Made by a program: the position numbers and the translations under genes. Below the pieces are notes generated by a model, which had not been told where the DNA came from, did not search any database, and saw only the letters and a program-made list of their open reading frames with translations. A stretch of DNA of 63,804 nucleotides, counting the filler, from Bigelowiella natans CCMP2755 (lineage: Eukaryota; Protista; Cercozoa): assembly GCA_000320545.1 (NCBI GenBank). It is 10 parts of 10 records of this genome, joined end to end, with 100 filler letters (N's around TTAATTAATTAA, not from the genome) between each part and the next. Parts side by side here need not be neighbours in the genome. Positions count along the whole stretch, not along the records: positions 1 to 20,583 come from ADNK01003069.1; 9 more parts are not named here. One strand, 5' to 3'. Positions 1 to 12,964 of this stretch are shown piece after piece; the stretch's first letter is position 1, and every line of letters starts with the position of its first letter.

Positions 1-421
1 GATTTTCGTTATTAAATACACCCCCCCCCCCCCCCCCCGTCCGCCGTCCGTAGTGCCCCTTTTTTGCTCATTCCGATTAAACACCCCTGTGGTGGCGTTT
101 GTTGGGATTTGTTTCGAAAACGCGCAGAAGCTTTCCAAAAAACGCGGGGGGGGGTTCTAACTACTACTGGGTACACTCCCAAGGGATCCTATTTTTGGGG
201 ACCTTCCATGGCGGAAATCGGTTAAACCGGGAACCAAAATCCAAATAACCCCCATCCCTGCCCCCCATGGAAAAAATTGATGGGAAGGTTTTATAAAATG
301 TAAAATGGTTAAGGGTCCCAAATTTTTTTTTTCCCATAAATTCCTTTTTTTGTTTTTTTGGAACGATTTCCAACAAAAAAATTTTAATTCAGGTTACCCC
401 CTTCCCCCCCCCCCCCCCCCT

Positions 422-601
422 CTGACCCAGTCACGGCGTACTTCGGCATTGACATCGACAAGGCCGGCAGCACCTACGACTACTCTCGGAACCACGTGTT
501 TGAGACCTCTCAGTTCAATGAATTTGTTGTCGCTTTGCAAAACGCAACACGAGGAGGGAAAGGTAGGCAATCTGCGATATATGTATATAATATGTATTCA
601 T

Positions 602-641
<40 letters not shown>

Positions 642-1413
642 CGCTTTGTGAGTACCGCTGCTGCCATTGCTGTGCTGGTTCTTCGCCTTGATTACCCTGT
701 CTCATTCTCCATCCCCCCCCTCCCTCTCCCCTTCTCCCTCTCTTTCTCTGGCTCGCTCGTCGTTTGAAGGAATGGTCGTTCAAATGGAGCTGAATGTGGT
801 GGACAACTCGCATTGGGGGGTTCAGGGTACTACCTGCCACCCGTCATATTTATCATTACCACCATAGTCATTATTGTTAGTTTCGTTGCCTCACCAGCAT
901 CATCATCATCATCATCATTATCATCATTGTTATTATCCTTATCGTCTCCTTCTCCTCCTCCTCCTCCTCCTCCTCCTCCCACGCTTCCTTGCAGGGGGAC
1001 GTAAGGTCAATGTCACTTGGCTCTATCTAGGTACGTTAGGCATGCAGTATGTGTGTGTGAGATGAAGGACGATAAGAGTCAACTGGGAATCATGAAATCA
1101 CAAGTGTTTGTTTATTCTGCGAAATGTGCAGGACGCGCTTTCGAATGGGAGTCTCAGCTGCCTGAGGATGTGCGTGCGGAGGCTTCAGTGCCTTCTAAAA
1201 ACCCTCAGGTAGCATTAGTCGTTTTATGTGCCCACGCCATTTAAGAAACCCGTGCACTTATTTGATGAGTGCTTTCTACGCATCATCATCATCATCACCG
1301 TCGTCATCGTTGCCTACTGTGTTCTTCAGGATCTCCCCGGCAAAAAGTCGAAGTTTCCTGCTTTCCCCAACTTTCCTACCGCAATGCTCAGGTCTTCTTT
1401 CGCAGCAAAATAA
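422..1413 (+). CDS. 3' part of a multi-exon gene, unknown protein
   Basis: GT-AG-bounded exons read DPVTAYFGIDIDKAGSTYDYSRNH / MVVQMELNVVDNSHWGVQ / GGRKVNVTWLYL / GRAFEWESQLPEDV...NPQ / DLPGKKSK...FAAK*, separated by microsatellite introns; 5' end lost in low-quality sequence. Confidence 0.5.
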
Positions 1414-2616
1414 TAGCACAGCTCAGCACACCTGTCGTGAACATCGATGATTTTGAGATCCTGCGCCCGGCACTCGAAAGAAGACCATATACACATGAGC
1501 ATTCGATACGATTGCATCCCGATGACTCGAAAGGCAACCATCGCCGTCGTCCACATACACTTAAACGGGCTATGACCTTCGGCTATTTTCCTTGCTCACA
1601 TTTTGAGCAAGAACAGGCGCCACGCTGCGCACCCTGTTTTCAATGTGTTTCGTTCGTTCCACAATCACGGCCATCAACGCATTTAGCGGGTTTCGATTCT
1701 CACAAGAACGCATTTTGCATTCGCAGATACTCTCCAGCCCAGGCAAACCTTCTCTCTGATCTTGCAGGGTGGATCGTCAAGGAGAATAGAGAGAAATTCT
1801 GTCGAACATTGGGATGCTAATCAAGGATTCGTGAGCGATGCTGCTTTGCTGCAGCGGTTCCGATCGAGGAGTGGCCCATGCTAGCATGTGCCATCATCAT
1901 TCCACATGCATGTTTGCGGTGTTGATTGAAGTCGTTCCCGCTGGCAATGAGTGCTCACGGACGATGCAGGGATTCAGATGTTCCCATGTTCAGATCATCG
2001 ATTGCATTTGCCTTCGATTGCTTGGTGTTTTGGCACGTTTGCTTGTTGTGGTGAGGTTTCATGGGCAATTTTGAATTGCATTGCATGTTTGTCATCACAT
2101 TGCAAAAGTTTGGAGAAACAATGGTTTGTGCAGACTCCATCGCACACGTGCAAAGTGGCAACTGCATGTGGCTGCACGCACGTGAGTGCTCATGCGCCAG
2201 CATTGGTTGCAACATTGGTGCGCACCGCTCAGCGGCACGCTGGCACACATCGCAAGTGCAAACAGGCACGTGCTGCACGTGCCACAGCAAAAACTGGAAA
2301 AGGGAAAGCGCAATCACAGCGCGTCAGCGCGTGCAACGTGCGATGGACAGATGCATGACGAATGACACGTCACAGCCTGCTCAGTTGCGTGCAGCGTGCG
2401 ATCGACCAGCCAGACGCTTTTGCATGCGCGTGCTTGTCAAGCTGTGGTGTGAGTGGCCACCGTCGATCGTTTCCATTTGCAGGTGAGAAAGTGATGAGAA
2501 GGGTTGGGCAAACGTGGCAATTTCTTTGCTCACACTCTGTGTGTGTTCCCCGACCAGATCTGCCCTTTCAGCGCTTCCACATGCACGGATTGTCGCAATC
2601 TTACTAACGCGAACTC

Positions 2617-2750
2617 TAGACCTTGTCGCAGACAAAAATTTGTCGGCATTTTCTCCATCGTAGACCTTGGCGTAGACTGAAATTGTCGACGTTTTCTATT
2701 CAATCGTTGACCCTGTCGCAGACTGAAATACGTCGCCGCTTTTTCCATCG
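2617..2750 (+). repeat. three degenerate 44-46 bp tandem repeats just upstream of the SDR start codon
   Basis: units 2617-2660, 2661-2706, 2707-2750 share t(a/t)gacc(t/c)tg(t/g)cg(c/t)agac..aaat..gtcg....ttt..c(c/a)atcg. Confidence 0.8.
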
Positions 2751-2797
2751 TCAAAAATCTTTCAATTGCATTCCTCCTCCCCCCTCGCTTGGCTTGC

Positions 2798-3396
2798 ATG
2801 GTGAGCGGCTGGCTCGGCTCCGCCCCCATTCTCGCCCTCTTCGTTCTCGCCGCTCCCCATTTTACTGTGGGGGCACCGACTGCCATCACAACAACAGGCT
2901 TGCACTCTCGGATTGAGGGACGGACGAAGGATGCAACGGCGATTCGAAGACTTGGTCAAACAATGAGTAGTAGCCTGAGGACGCCACAAAAGCAGCGTCA
3001 CGGAGCAGCTACAGCAGCCGCCAGAAAGCAAGTACGCGATCTACCAGATCTGTCAGATTCAGTTGTTTGGGTGACGGGTGCCTCTAGCGGGCTGGGGGAA
3101 GCACTAGCGTGCCAGTTTGCCAGCAGGGGGGCTAGGGTTATCCTTTCTGGACGGAATACGGACCAGGTTGGTAACAGTTCAATGTAATTTTTTTTTTTGG
3201 GGGGGGGGGGGGAGGGGGGGTTACTATGTTATATCCAATCAGTTACTGGAATATATGCGAGTTCTTCGTCGCTCGTTCTCTCTTTCTAACTCCTGTGCAT
3301 GTGGGGGGGACAAGCACGTCTGATGCTCGAGTGCAATGTGAATGGTCATCGTTGTATGCAAGCTTGGAGCCAAGTGTATACTGTATAGTGTGTATA

Positions 3397-3441
<45 letters not shown>

Positions 3442-5461
3442 TGTGCTTGGCTGCCAATACTCTAGCCAGGTTAAGAAATCTCCTCTCTTTCTTCAGCTAA
3501 AACGGGTTCAATCTCGATGCATCCGCGAACAACAAGATGCGGACCACACAGCTGCGCCGACGAAACTATCGACGAAACTATCGAGGATAGTATCGTCGTC
3601 ATCATCATCATCATCCTCGTCGTCATCATCACCTTTCCCCTCCTCCTCCTCTTTCCCTATTCTGGCATTCGATTTGGAGGCTATCGAAACCCTTCCAAGA
3701 GTTGCAGAGGTTGTATCATGGGGAGGGGGGGGGATGGAGAGGACATCTTCATGCTTCCTAGATTGTGCACACGATGATAGAGCTTCTGACCCCAAACATC
3801 AGGTGGAAAATGGAATTGTCATGTTGTTAATATTGTCCTTCTTTGTCTTCGCCGTAGGAGGCAGAGGCTATTTTCGGGCGAATCGATACCTTGGTACTAT
3901 GCGGTGGGATAAGCACACGGGGGGAAATCAAAGATTCATCGTGGAAACTTCACAATAAAGGTAATCAAGATAGAAGCTTTATTCTTCCCGTCTCCCATCC
4001 CTCTTCTTCGCCCCCTCCATCATCTTCTCTTCTCTTTATTTTCCCTGAATATCAGTCCTGGCCGTGAATCACATGAGCTCCGTAGCTCTCAGCATACCTG
4101 TTGCGGAGGGGATGGCGGCACGGGTTGCTCTGCTGCTTTGTTTGGCTCAGGCGATCTCTCGTTATTTCTTATGTCTTATTCACACACTACAGGGATCCGG
4201 TCATATAATACACATCAACAGCGTTCAGGGTAAGCTTGGACTCCCGTCACGGGCCGCATATGCTGCATCAAAGCACGCTTCCATCGGTTTCTTTGATTCT
4301 CTAAGGGCGGAGGTTGTTAATTTAGCTACTCCCGCCTCGCTACCCGTTGATCGCCTTTTTTGTTAAAATTATCATCATCGTCATCATCATTATCACCATC
4401 GTCATCGTCATCATCATCATCATCATCATCATCACCATCGCCTAATCCGCCGATAAAAAGGTGGCCAATTTCGGTATTCGAGTGACGGCAGTCCTTCCAG
4501 GGTATCAGTTCCCCATTATATCACCAGTGTTACCTCACTCATCATCGTCATCGTCTTCGTCGTTGTCATTCACGTTCATTATCGTCACCAGTACCACCAC
4601 CATTTATTGATATCCAAAACCGCCGCTAATCCACGTAATAGTAGGATGCGTCGCCGCTCAGTACCTCCCTCCCCCCCTCCCCCCTCCCCCCTCTTCCCAC
4701 TTCCCCCCCTCATGGTCCATCCCCTTGTTTGGCGCTCGAAATAGCCGCTAATCGTTCCTGTGACCAAACAGGTACATAAATACAAATCTATCGAAAAACG
4801 CTATAACCGCATCCGGAGCTCAATACAACAAAGTAAGTGCAGGAGGGAGACGGATGGTTGTGTTCTTCTTCGTCAGCCCTCCCCCCTCCCTCCCCCCACC
4901 TTACACCCCCTCCGTCGTCCTTCCTCTTTCCCCAACTCTCTCCTCCCTCTTTTCTTCTCCTCCCCTCCAGACGGACCCAAGTACTGCGAAAGGGATGAAT
5001 GCGAGCACTGTTGCTGAGAGGGTTTGTATATATGTGAGCGTGTGCGCGTGTGCGCGTGTGTGCGTGTGTGCGTTGTGTGCCTCTGTATAAGCTTGCTCGC
5101 CTGGGTGAAAAACACGATATCGTCTGGGTCGTTCATCGATCAACAGATCCTGAAGAACGCACACGCTAGGGACGAGATCATCATTGCACCCGCCTACGTC
5201 AAATTTGCGATTGGTTCTCTTCTTTTTTGCATACATATGTCTCGAGGAAAGAGGGAGGAAGGGACTTCAGAAGAGAAATAGAAAGGGGGGGGGGAGGGGA
5301 GAGAGAGAGAGAGAGAAAGGGGGGGAGAGGGAGAAAAGATGAATTAAATTTGGCCATTGGTGTGATTGTTTACTCCCACAGCGCTGCGCAATATCATCCC
5401 CAGCGTCTACTTCAACTCTATGATCAAGCGAGCACGACGAAATAGAAAATCCTCTCCGTGA
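2798..5461 (+). CDS. short-chain dehydrogenase/reductase (DHRS7/7B-like), ~10 exons, N-terminal signal plus transit-like peptide
   Basis: [15 protein letters not shown] Rossmann motif, [16 protein letters not shown], catalytic [21 protein letters not shown]; GT-AG introns; stop TGA 5459-5461. Confidence 0.9.
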
Positions 5462-6209
5462 TTGAGAAAAGAGAATGGTGCCAAAATATTTTGTATATTG
5501 ATGTGCGTCATAATTTATTACGTGTCATTATCACACTAGAGTTCGTTCTGACCGTGTACGCGGTCATTCATTTGATGGTATGCTCCCCAAAGCGCATGCG
5601 TACGCGATGCGTCAAGTTATGCCGTTTTGCAAAGTCCAGCATGCGATGCAAGGTCCGAATAAGCACATAGTAATTATACCAGAGTTTGTGCGCGGCACAG
5701 CGTGATTCACTATGTATATCTAAACATTAGTATGGTTGCAAAGCCATTGCCAGGCGTCATTATGCATGCAAACGAATGAGGCATTTGTTCAATGATCATT
5801 ATAGCATGATCGCTTCATTGAATTTAATTTATTAAATACATATCCGCCTCATGGCTCCCTAAGCAACATAGCCGAGACATTATCGAAAGCAGCTAGATCC
5901 TTAGGGTCTGTGCAGACGTGGGTGGCGACGCTTGTTAAGCATATGTCGTAGCGTTAGCTTGCGCATGCATCGTGCCACAAAAAATAAGCTAATCTCTTTC
6001 CTGACTTCATTTCGCAATATCTAGCTTTAGATAGAGAACGCCGCATGTGCACGTACACAGCTACAACATTGGTGGAATAATTAATTCTGCAAACGCGCAC
6101 TTGCTAGCTATGCAATTTACCCGCCTCACGCACAACAAGCTTTTCATCTGCATGATCGCTCAGAAACATCACCATATGTGTGACGCAAGAACCCATGGTG
6201 TCTCTTTTT

Positions 6210-6953
6210 CTATGGAATATCGTCGCCATCTAGAAATCCGAAGCAATATGCGTCTGTGGCCGCAAACGTAGATTCCTGTGGTCTGGCGTGCTTGCGAGCG
6301 CGAGTGCGGGAGACCTCTAAATCCTTGTTCGCAGAATGCAGTTCCCGGGGACTTGGGATGACACCTCTCCGTGCTGCTACAGAGGGTGAAAGTACGATAT
6401 CCTCAGTTTTTTTCCTTCTCGGTCTCCCCTGTAACGGACTCTTCCTCTCCCCTTTAACGGATGAGGGACTTTCTTTCTGTGAGACTATTCTAGGGGAGGA
6501 ACGCTCTCGGGCTTTGCCTTGGGCTCGACGATGCTGCTTGGCTAAATGAGGCTTCCTCAATTCTCTCTTTATTGTTCTCCTCTCTTTCATTTTCGTTGCG
6601 TGAATGTTGGCGAAGACAGGGCCTAGTTCTGGTGTCTGTTCCAAGAGGGCAGTTAGCCGCTGCTCTTCATCCTTCAACTCGAGAATCTGCGTAAACATAT
6701 GGAACGATTCAATTCCTATCGCTCACAAATGCTTCGATTTGGCGTGTTCTCCTTCAGGGGGGCAGTGGCACCCTTACCCCTTTTCTGATCAGTTTCCCCA
6801 GAAAACCTGTTTACTTACCCGCTTCTCGATATCTTCGCACCTTGAAACCTCCTCTTCAGTCTGCGCTCGGATGCGGTTTCGAACTTGCGTATCCCTTAGT
6901 TTCTGAGAGTAGGCCCAGCAGAATTCACATCATGTACACGGTGAATATTCTTC

Positions 6954-6984
<31 letters not shown>

Positions 6985-6992
6985 CCTCTCTT

Positions 6993-7035
<43 letters not shown>

Positions 7036-8335
7036 ATATTTTTTCCAAAATCCTCTCTCTTTGAACGAATACACCCAGCTCTGTTGGACATACGAATGTA
7101 CACAATGAATTCATGGGACCTGAGAAGCCCATTTTTTTTCCACAATCTTTACCCTGCTTTGGGCTTCTTTCATGACTAATTCTTTATTTAGCCTCACATA
7201 CTCGTCTCTTTCTTCCCTTATCCTCGCACGATGCTCCTGCCACGGGGAGGAGGAGTGGAAGAAGTGGGGCGCGGGGAAAATTCAGCTTCAACTTCATGTG
7301 ATGCAAGTGTGTGTGTTGCGCCTCTAGCGTTACCTTGGACTCTTTGCGAGCTTTACTCGCTAATTCATCTTTAAGAGAAGATACCATTTCCCCTGCGGCC
7401 TACGCCAGGGATATTATTGTTCGAAGCAAAAATTGCAAGGAGTTAAATCTCATGTGCCTTTCGCTCGATTAAACCTAGAAGGTGGCTCCTTCGCCCCAAG
7501 AACTACTTTTGCAAGCCATCATTTATATTCGGTCACTAAAATCTCAGACGCGCGCGCGCAGCGAGAGGAGAGATGGAGATCGAAAGCGGCGGTGTCCCTC
7601 AAAATATACAAGTAAAATATAGAAATAGGCCTTCGTGGCAAACCAAATTCTACAGCTTTTCAACCCTTGGTTAACGTTTTTTGAGTTTGGAATACGTTAT
7701 GAATGGTCAGAGACCTGAATCATCGCCTGTGCCTGCACCCTGCTCTTGGACACCCTCTCTACTTTGCTAGCGAGATCCCGCTCACTATCTACTTTCATCT
7801 ATTGAGCGAGACACCAAATACTTTAAAATGACTTATACAACACATGCAAACTAAACAAATATGATGGGTGTTTGTGTGTATGTATCCCCATGTGTGTGTC
7901 TTTCGTGTTTCGTGTTTGTGCCGTGAGAATTCACAGTCACAGCTACTCTTTACTGACCTGCTCACGGATCTTCAGTCGCTCATGCTTGAATTTCGAGGTC
8001 TCTTGAATGGTTGCTACCCTGCGCTTGAGCTCCGCCAGCCTTTTCTCTCGATCTCGAATTAGATTCTAGCGTAGAACATATGTGGAGAATGTTTGGAAAA
8101 ACCGTCGAAATTTTGTGAAGGTAAGGGGGGAAGTTGGTTTACAATCTATATAATAATCCACGTTGAATATGTTCTTAAGAAGGGGGTAAGTTTGCGAGCT
8201 TGAGCGAAAGGACGAGATCTCTACGACTTCCAAGCGAACCTAAATACCTTCATAAGCTGCAGGCGGCTTGTAAGCATGCGCTGTTCATTTTCTTTCTCCA
8301 ACCTCACAGCTCTTTGAGTAACAAGGTTCGGCAAC
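6210..8335 (-). CDS. multi-exon coiled-coil/basic protein of unknown function (5' end unresolved)
   Basis: exons such as LPNLVTQRAVRLEKENEQRMLTSRLQLMK, MVSSLKDELASKARKESK, ILELKDEEQRLTALLEQ...; splice sites on the minus strand. Confidence 0.55.
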
Positions 8336-9061
8336 CTATTCAGATTGATTCCAGAAAGTTAAAACGTGGGTAAATAAAGAGCCTATAAAGCGTCGGTGCG
8401 ATCTTGTCGTACATCGTACAATTCTCTTATCTCAACACTTTGGGGGAAGGGCAGGATTGTCGTTCGCGTACTGTTCATCGTGATGTCCCAGCGATGAAGA
8501 AGACCGAAGCATTTAGTCACCAGGTACTATGATTTTCTAACGCCTCGTAGGAGGGGGGGTCCTCCTCCTCCTCCTCCTCAAATACTCCCGATGGCGTTAC
8601 TGGAGCTCGTAACGTCTCTTTTTTTGTGGTCGTAATGTTGTTGTTTTTGTTGTTGTTGTTGTTGCTTCTATCTGCACAAACCTGGCGGAATTACAGCCGA
8701 TAATATCCCTGGAAAATATATCTTGAGTGCGCCGTACTAACTGGGAAATTCAGCGAGTATTTTTTCGGCTGCTTGCGGGGGAAAAGAAAAGGTAGCCGCA
8801 AGCGACGAAAAAGCGAAAAACCGCGGAGCGGGAAATTTTCCAGTTTTGATGTCGCATCATCAAAATGCATTGGAGTTATTTCAAAAATCACAAAAATCCC
8901 GGAATATCGGAGGTAAACGGTCTCATCGGCTGTCCTCGGTGATAGAAAGCGGGGGAGAAGGTGCGCCCACATCGCAACAAAACTCTAAGAAACCGGTCCC
9001 GTGAATCGCTCGGTGGGCTCAATTGCTGCCCAACCCTAGGGCAAGTGATAGTCCGATCCCC

Positions 9062-9949
9062 ATGGATAATGCACCACGTAAACGACGTCCCGAAAAGCGG
9101 AAGGCAGACGCCTTTGATCTGGAAACCAAAAGCACAAGTCCAAAAAGACAGAGGACGCAGCAATCACACATTGGTACACGCGTAGTAGCGCTTGGCGTTG
9201 ACGAAGCACTCGAGAAGGCGCGAAGCATTGTTCGTAGATCCTCTGATATTCGGAGGGTCCTCCAAAGAGACTGCCCAGAGCTTTCAATGCTTTTCGAGGA
9301 TATCCTCTGGGCTGCAGGCCAGTCGAAGATCGCCCTGACAAAAGAAGAAGCAAAGGAGGATGAGGCCGTAAACATGGAAGCTTTAGAGTTGCTTGTCATG
9401 ACCACGGCTCGGAGTGATGAAAATCTACGTGATCGGACATCCGATAACAGCGTCACAAATCTCGTTTACACGTCACGCGAAAACCTGCGTCTGTTCATAA
9501 ATTTGTCTCGCGACGGCGGTTCTCCGTCGCACTGCGTTTTTGAATTTAATACGCTCGGAGGAAGCACCAAATCACAATCAACGACAGCTCAACACCCCAC
9601 AGCAGTTAACGTCACTAACTGGGCTTTAAGTGCGAAAATGACAAAATCTGACCTAGATGTGAATGATTCTGTGCCTACTTTGCGGTCAATCCCAGTCTTT
9701 AAGGACATCTTCTGTGTCAGTTTCGAAGGTGACGAGAGTGATGATGCTGAAAGCAGCGGAGGTAGCAAGGATGATTGTAAAGATAAGAAATATACGGCTA
9801 CTAATCTTCGCTTTTGGCGACAAATATGGAAGAGGGTAGGAGACGATTTTTCCGAGAAAGCCATAAGAAGATGGATAGGATTATTGCTAAAGATCGTATC
9901 GTATGCGGAAAGACCGTATCGCAGAAATGTATCAACTGCGTATAGCTAG
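9062..9949 (+). CDS. intronless hypothetical protein (~295 aa) with N-terminal NLS-like basic motifs
   Basis: long non-repetitive ORF; first ATG at 9062; PRKRRPEKRK and SPKRQR; divergent from the gene on its left. Confidence 0.65.
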   Translation: MDNAPRKRRPEKRKADAFDLETKSTSPKRQRTQQSHIGTRVVALGVDEALEKARSIVRRSSDIRRVLQRDCPELSMLFEDILWAAGQSKIALTKEEAKEDEAVNMEALELLVMTTARSDENLRDRTSDNSVTNLVYTSRENLRLFINLSRDGGSPSHCVFEFNTLGGSTKSQSTTAQHPTAVNVTNWALSAKMTKSDLDVNDSVPTLRSIPVFKDIFCVSFEGDESDDAESSGGSKDDCKDKKYTATNLRFWRQIWKRVGDDFSEKAIRRWIGLLLKIVSYAERPYRRNVSTAYS

Positions 9950-11113
9950 TTTGACAGTATACCTCACACATACAATAACTACGTGTGTGTAGCTAAATGA
10001 GTAGAGAAGGCAACGCAATAAAGGCTTTGTTATTTGCATTTATGAGCTATTAAGTGATAGAAATAATATAATTGTTTACATAAACATATTCGTTGATGTG
10101 ACAGCTACTTCATTTTTGTATATTGGGCTAGTATACATTTGCAATAAATGGCTCTTCTACACGTATTGACAGTCATACTTGCGAGATTCGGCCTTCATCG
10201 AGGCTTACATTGCATAGCGCGGCGAAAATCCGATCGAATCGATATATAGAGACATGGTAGCACATCTATGTACATGCGTTGTCTCTGTCAGTTTTGTTCA
10301 TTTTTTATAGAAGGTTCTGAGAGTTCTGTGGCAACAAGCAAACATGTCATTGTCAAATTTGAAGCGCAAATCATCTAATAGCATCGACAACCGCACAAAA
10401 AAGCATCCGATCCTGAAACCGATGCCCGATCGAAGATCAGCCTGGCCAAATTTGCAAGCGCTTTCTTCATCGTTCTGGCGTTGTTTGGCAGCATTGCTTG
10501 AATTTGCTTCGATCAGAGCGGTGCTTTGATCGACGATTGCAAATGACAGCACTGTAACAAACATCATCGCGCACAAACGTGCAATTGGTTGTAGCAGCGT
10601 AGCGCGTGCAGGCGGCGGCATCGCACCGTACCGCCTCCCGCCAACCTGCACATTGTATCTCAAACAACAAACCTTTGTGGATTGTGCAGCTGCGCTTGCT
10701 GTCATCAATGCTAGAATGCTGGGGAAATAATGGACGTGCATGTGCCTGTAGATGATAGACATCAGCGGCAAATCGCAATTGATGACATGCGTGCATTGTA
10801 TCGTGCGAATGCAGTTGTTGCAATCCGCGAAGCTGTGTGAGTCGTGCAGCATCATGTGGGATGCAAATGTGACGAGAACCTGCCTGGACTGTGTCATGTT
10901 GCATGCAAAATCAAATGATCATTATGTACACGCACATAATTGCAGCTATACGCATTCTTTCCTCCTTCTGAGCCGCATTCGAGCCCGATGTTGAACCTCA
11001 TCCTTTGTATCGAGGCCGATTTGTTACGGCACATCATGCGAAACCACTTTGTTGTATCGGCTACTATGCGGCACGCTACACTCTACGCACCGACAGGGAC
11101 AGCTTAAAACAAA

Positions 11114-11208
11114 TGGCTTCTACATGTACGCGGGGAGTCGAATCCGGAATTTGGCAGTGAAAACCCCATATCCATGTGGTACCAAGCGTTAAACCAGCTT
11201 ACGTACAT
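11114..11208 (-). pseudogene. degenerate tRNA-like/tRNA-derived element (Glu-like)
   Basis: minus strand: ATGTACGT...GCGTACAT acceptor-like stem, AGCTGGTTT D-loop-like segment, TTGGTA/TGCCAA stem, GGTTTTCAC (UUC loop-like), B-box-like GGATTCGACTCCC, 3' GAAGCCA followed by TTTGTTTT. Confidence 0.45.
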
Positions 11209-11260
11209 TTAACAAAGAAGTTCCTCAACGTACTCATGCGGAACCGCTGGTGACTCATGC

Positions 11261-12964
11261 TCACACCCTCTTCAATGCGAGTCTGTAAGCCTTAGGAGGC
11301 ATATTGCCTACGAAGTATAGGTATGGCTTGGGAGTCGCCGCGATCCAAATGTTCGTTACAACTGACTGTGCTACGAGGTTCTGAGTAAGCAATAATTAGG
11401 TTAATGAAATGGGGTCAACAACGACTTAGTCAGTGCAACACGCCAGCTCGTGCCTCTTTCCTCACTCTACCCAACGCCCCATGAATGCAATACATTTGAG
11501 CGTTTTCTGACCGGCTGAACTCGAGCGAGGAGAGTGCCTTGGGGATCTGTAACGATCAACCCCCCTGGAAGGGACATGTATACGTATCCTTCGCTATCAA
11601 CCTGCGATATGATCCGAGAAACGTGATTTCACGTAATGGTAGTATACGCATTCATTCGTTTGGAATATAACTGATCGAAATGGAGGGGGAAAGACTTTCC
11701 CCACGAACCTTCATTCCGTCGCCGTGACCGTACCAACCCATATTGTTTTGGTAGTAGGTTGTGTTGAAGAAGATCTGGGTCGTTAAGGCCACTGGCACCG
11801 CACCGCTTCGATCGATGATGTTCTTGTATGCATTTCCGTCGGCATGCGTCGTGTAAAGAACATTTTCTGAGGGAGAGAAGGCAATGCCATTCGGACCACC
11901 AACACCGTTGTTGTTGGGAACATCGATCATCTGGGCAATAAAACATGTCAGCCCCATCATTCGTCCGTCATCATCAATGTAAGTATCACTCTACAACGCG
12001 CATTCGTGCCTCGAGACGGCATCTGCCAAATTGTTGTTGTTATCTACTCCTAAAAAAACCGAACCTTGACAACGGTGCCATTTCTCGCTGCGTAGACGGA
12101 AGTCGTGCTGACTTTTCCGGATGATGGATTAGTTGAGCGAAAGTTTGGATCTGTGAACCAATACCACCCTTGGCTATCCTGGACGATATCATTCGGCGCC
12201 CAAAATTGGTTGCCATTGTAGGTTGAGGCGATCGGGGTCCAACTATTCTGGGCGTTACGAATAGAAACAGCGCCATTCCCCATCTGACACACCACATGAT
12301 TCCCATCCTGGTCGAATATTTGGCCATTGGGCCCTGGATAAGGACCATTAAAGACTGAATCGTACGTTGAACCAGTAAAGCCGGCTGGGGAGGTCACAAG
12401 CTTGACGCCTGTCATATTGTTCCATTCATAAATAGCGTTGTTGGCGCTAACGTCGGAAAATAGCAAAGATGCAGTGGATTCCTTCCACAAGGCTCCTTCA
12501 AGCCATCCATAGTTGAAGCCAGAAAGGTCAAGGCTTTCAATAGTAGCAGAAGGGTCCACGAGATTGTCAAACTGTGAGTTGAATCTTGTTATCGTGCCGA
12601 CTGACGAAGATTCAATAGCTTTATCCTCGTACAAGTACGGAGTAGTACTGCTCGAGCTACTCGAATCTGAATAGCACGTTTAAACATAGCAACGAAGGCG
12701 ATGGTGTTTAGTAGTGGGTCGTTTATTTTTATAAATGAATACGATCTCAAGTATCAGGCACCCCTCACTCCACACAGAGAAATGTTAAGCAGAATTACCG
12801 TTACACTTCCGAGAGGCCACCACTCCCAGAGGCACGACGAACGCTAGAATGAAGACGAGAACCGTGCTCACCACAATCAATGGTGAGAAATAGCTCCTGC
12901 AGTACCAGGGCTTATGCGCTTCCCCATTTTCGGGGTTGAGGCTGCTGAAAGGTGTGTCGGGCAT
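11261..12964 (-). CDS. SMP-30/gluconolactonase/LRE-family beta-propeller protein with N-terminal membrane anchor
   Basis: WLEGALW, LLFSDV, GPNG, APNDIVQDSQGWYWFTDP, GPNGIAFSPSENVLY, GDGMKVDSEGYVY; TM segment LIVVSTVLVFILAFVVPLGVVA; 5 exons inferred. Confidence 0.9.

Noticed and set aside
1-421. ORFs and homopolymer-rich sequence at contig ends (also ~59100-59274, 61900-62058)
   Set aside because: Inflated homopolymers next to poly-C/G runs look like low-quality read tails.
1838-2635. Cys/His/Met-rich ORFs in intergenic islands (also 10298-10994, 13325-13633, 19327-19662, 48016-48473)
   Set aside because: By-products of TGCA/CATG-rich DNA; open in several frames with no family motifs.
2617-2750. 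CRISPR array
   Set aside because: Contiguous degenerate repeats with no spacers, no cas genes, eukaryotic context.
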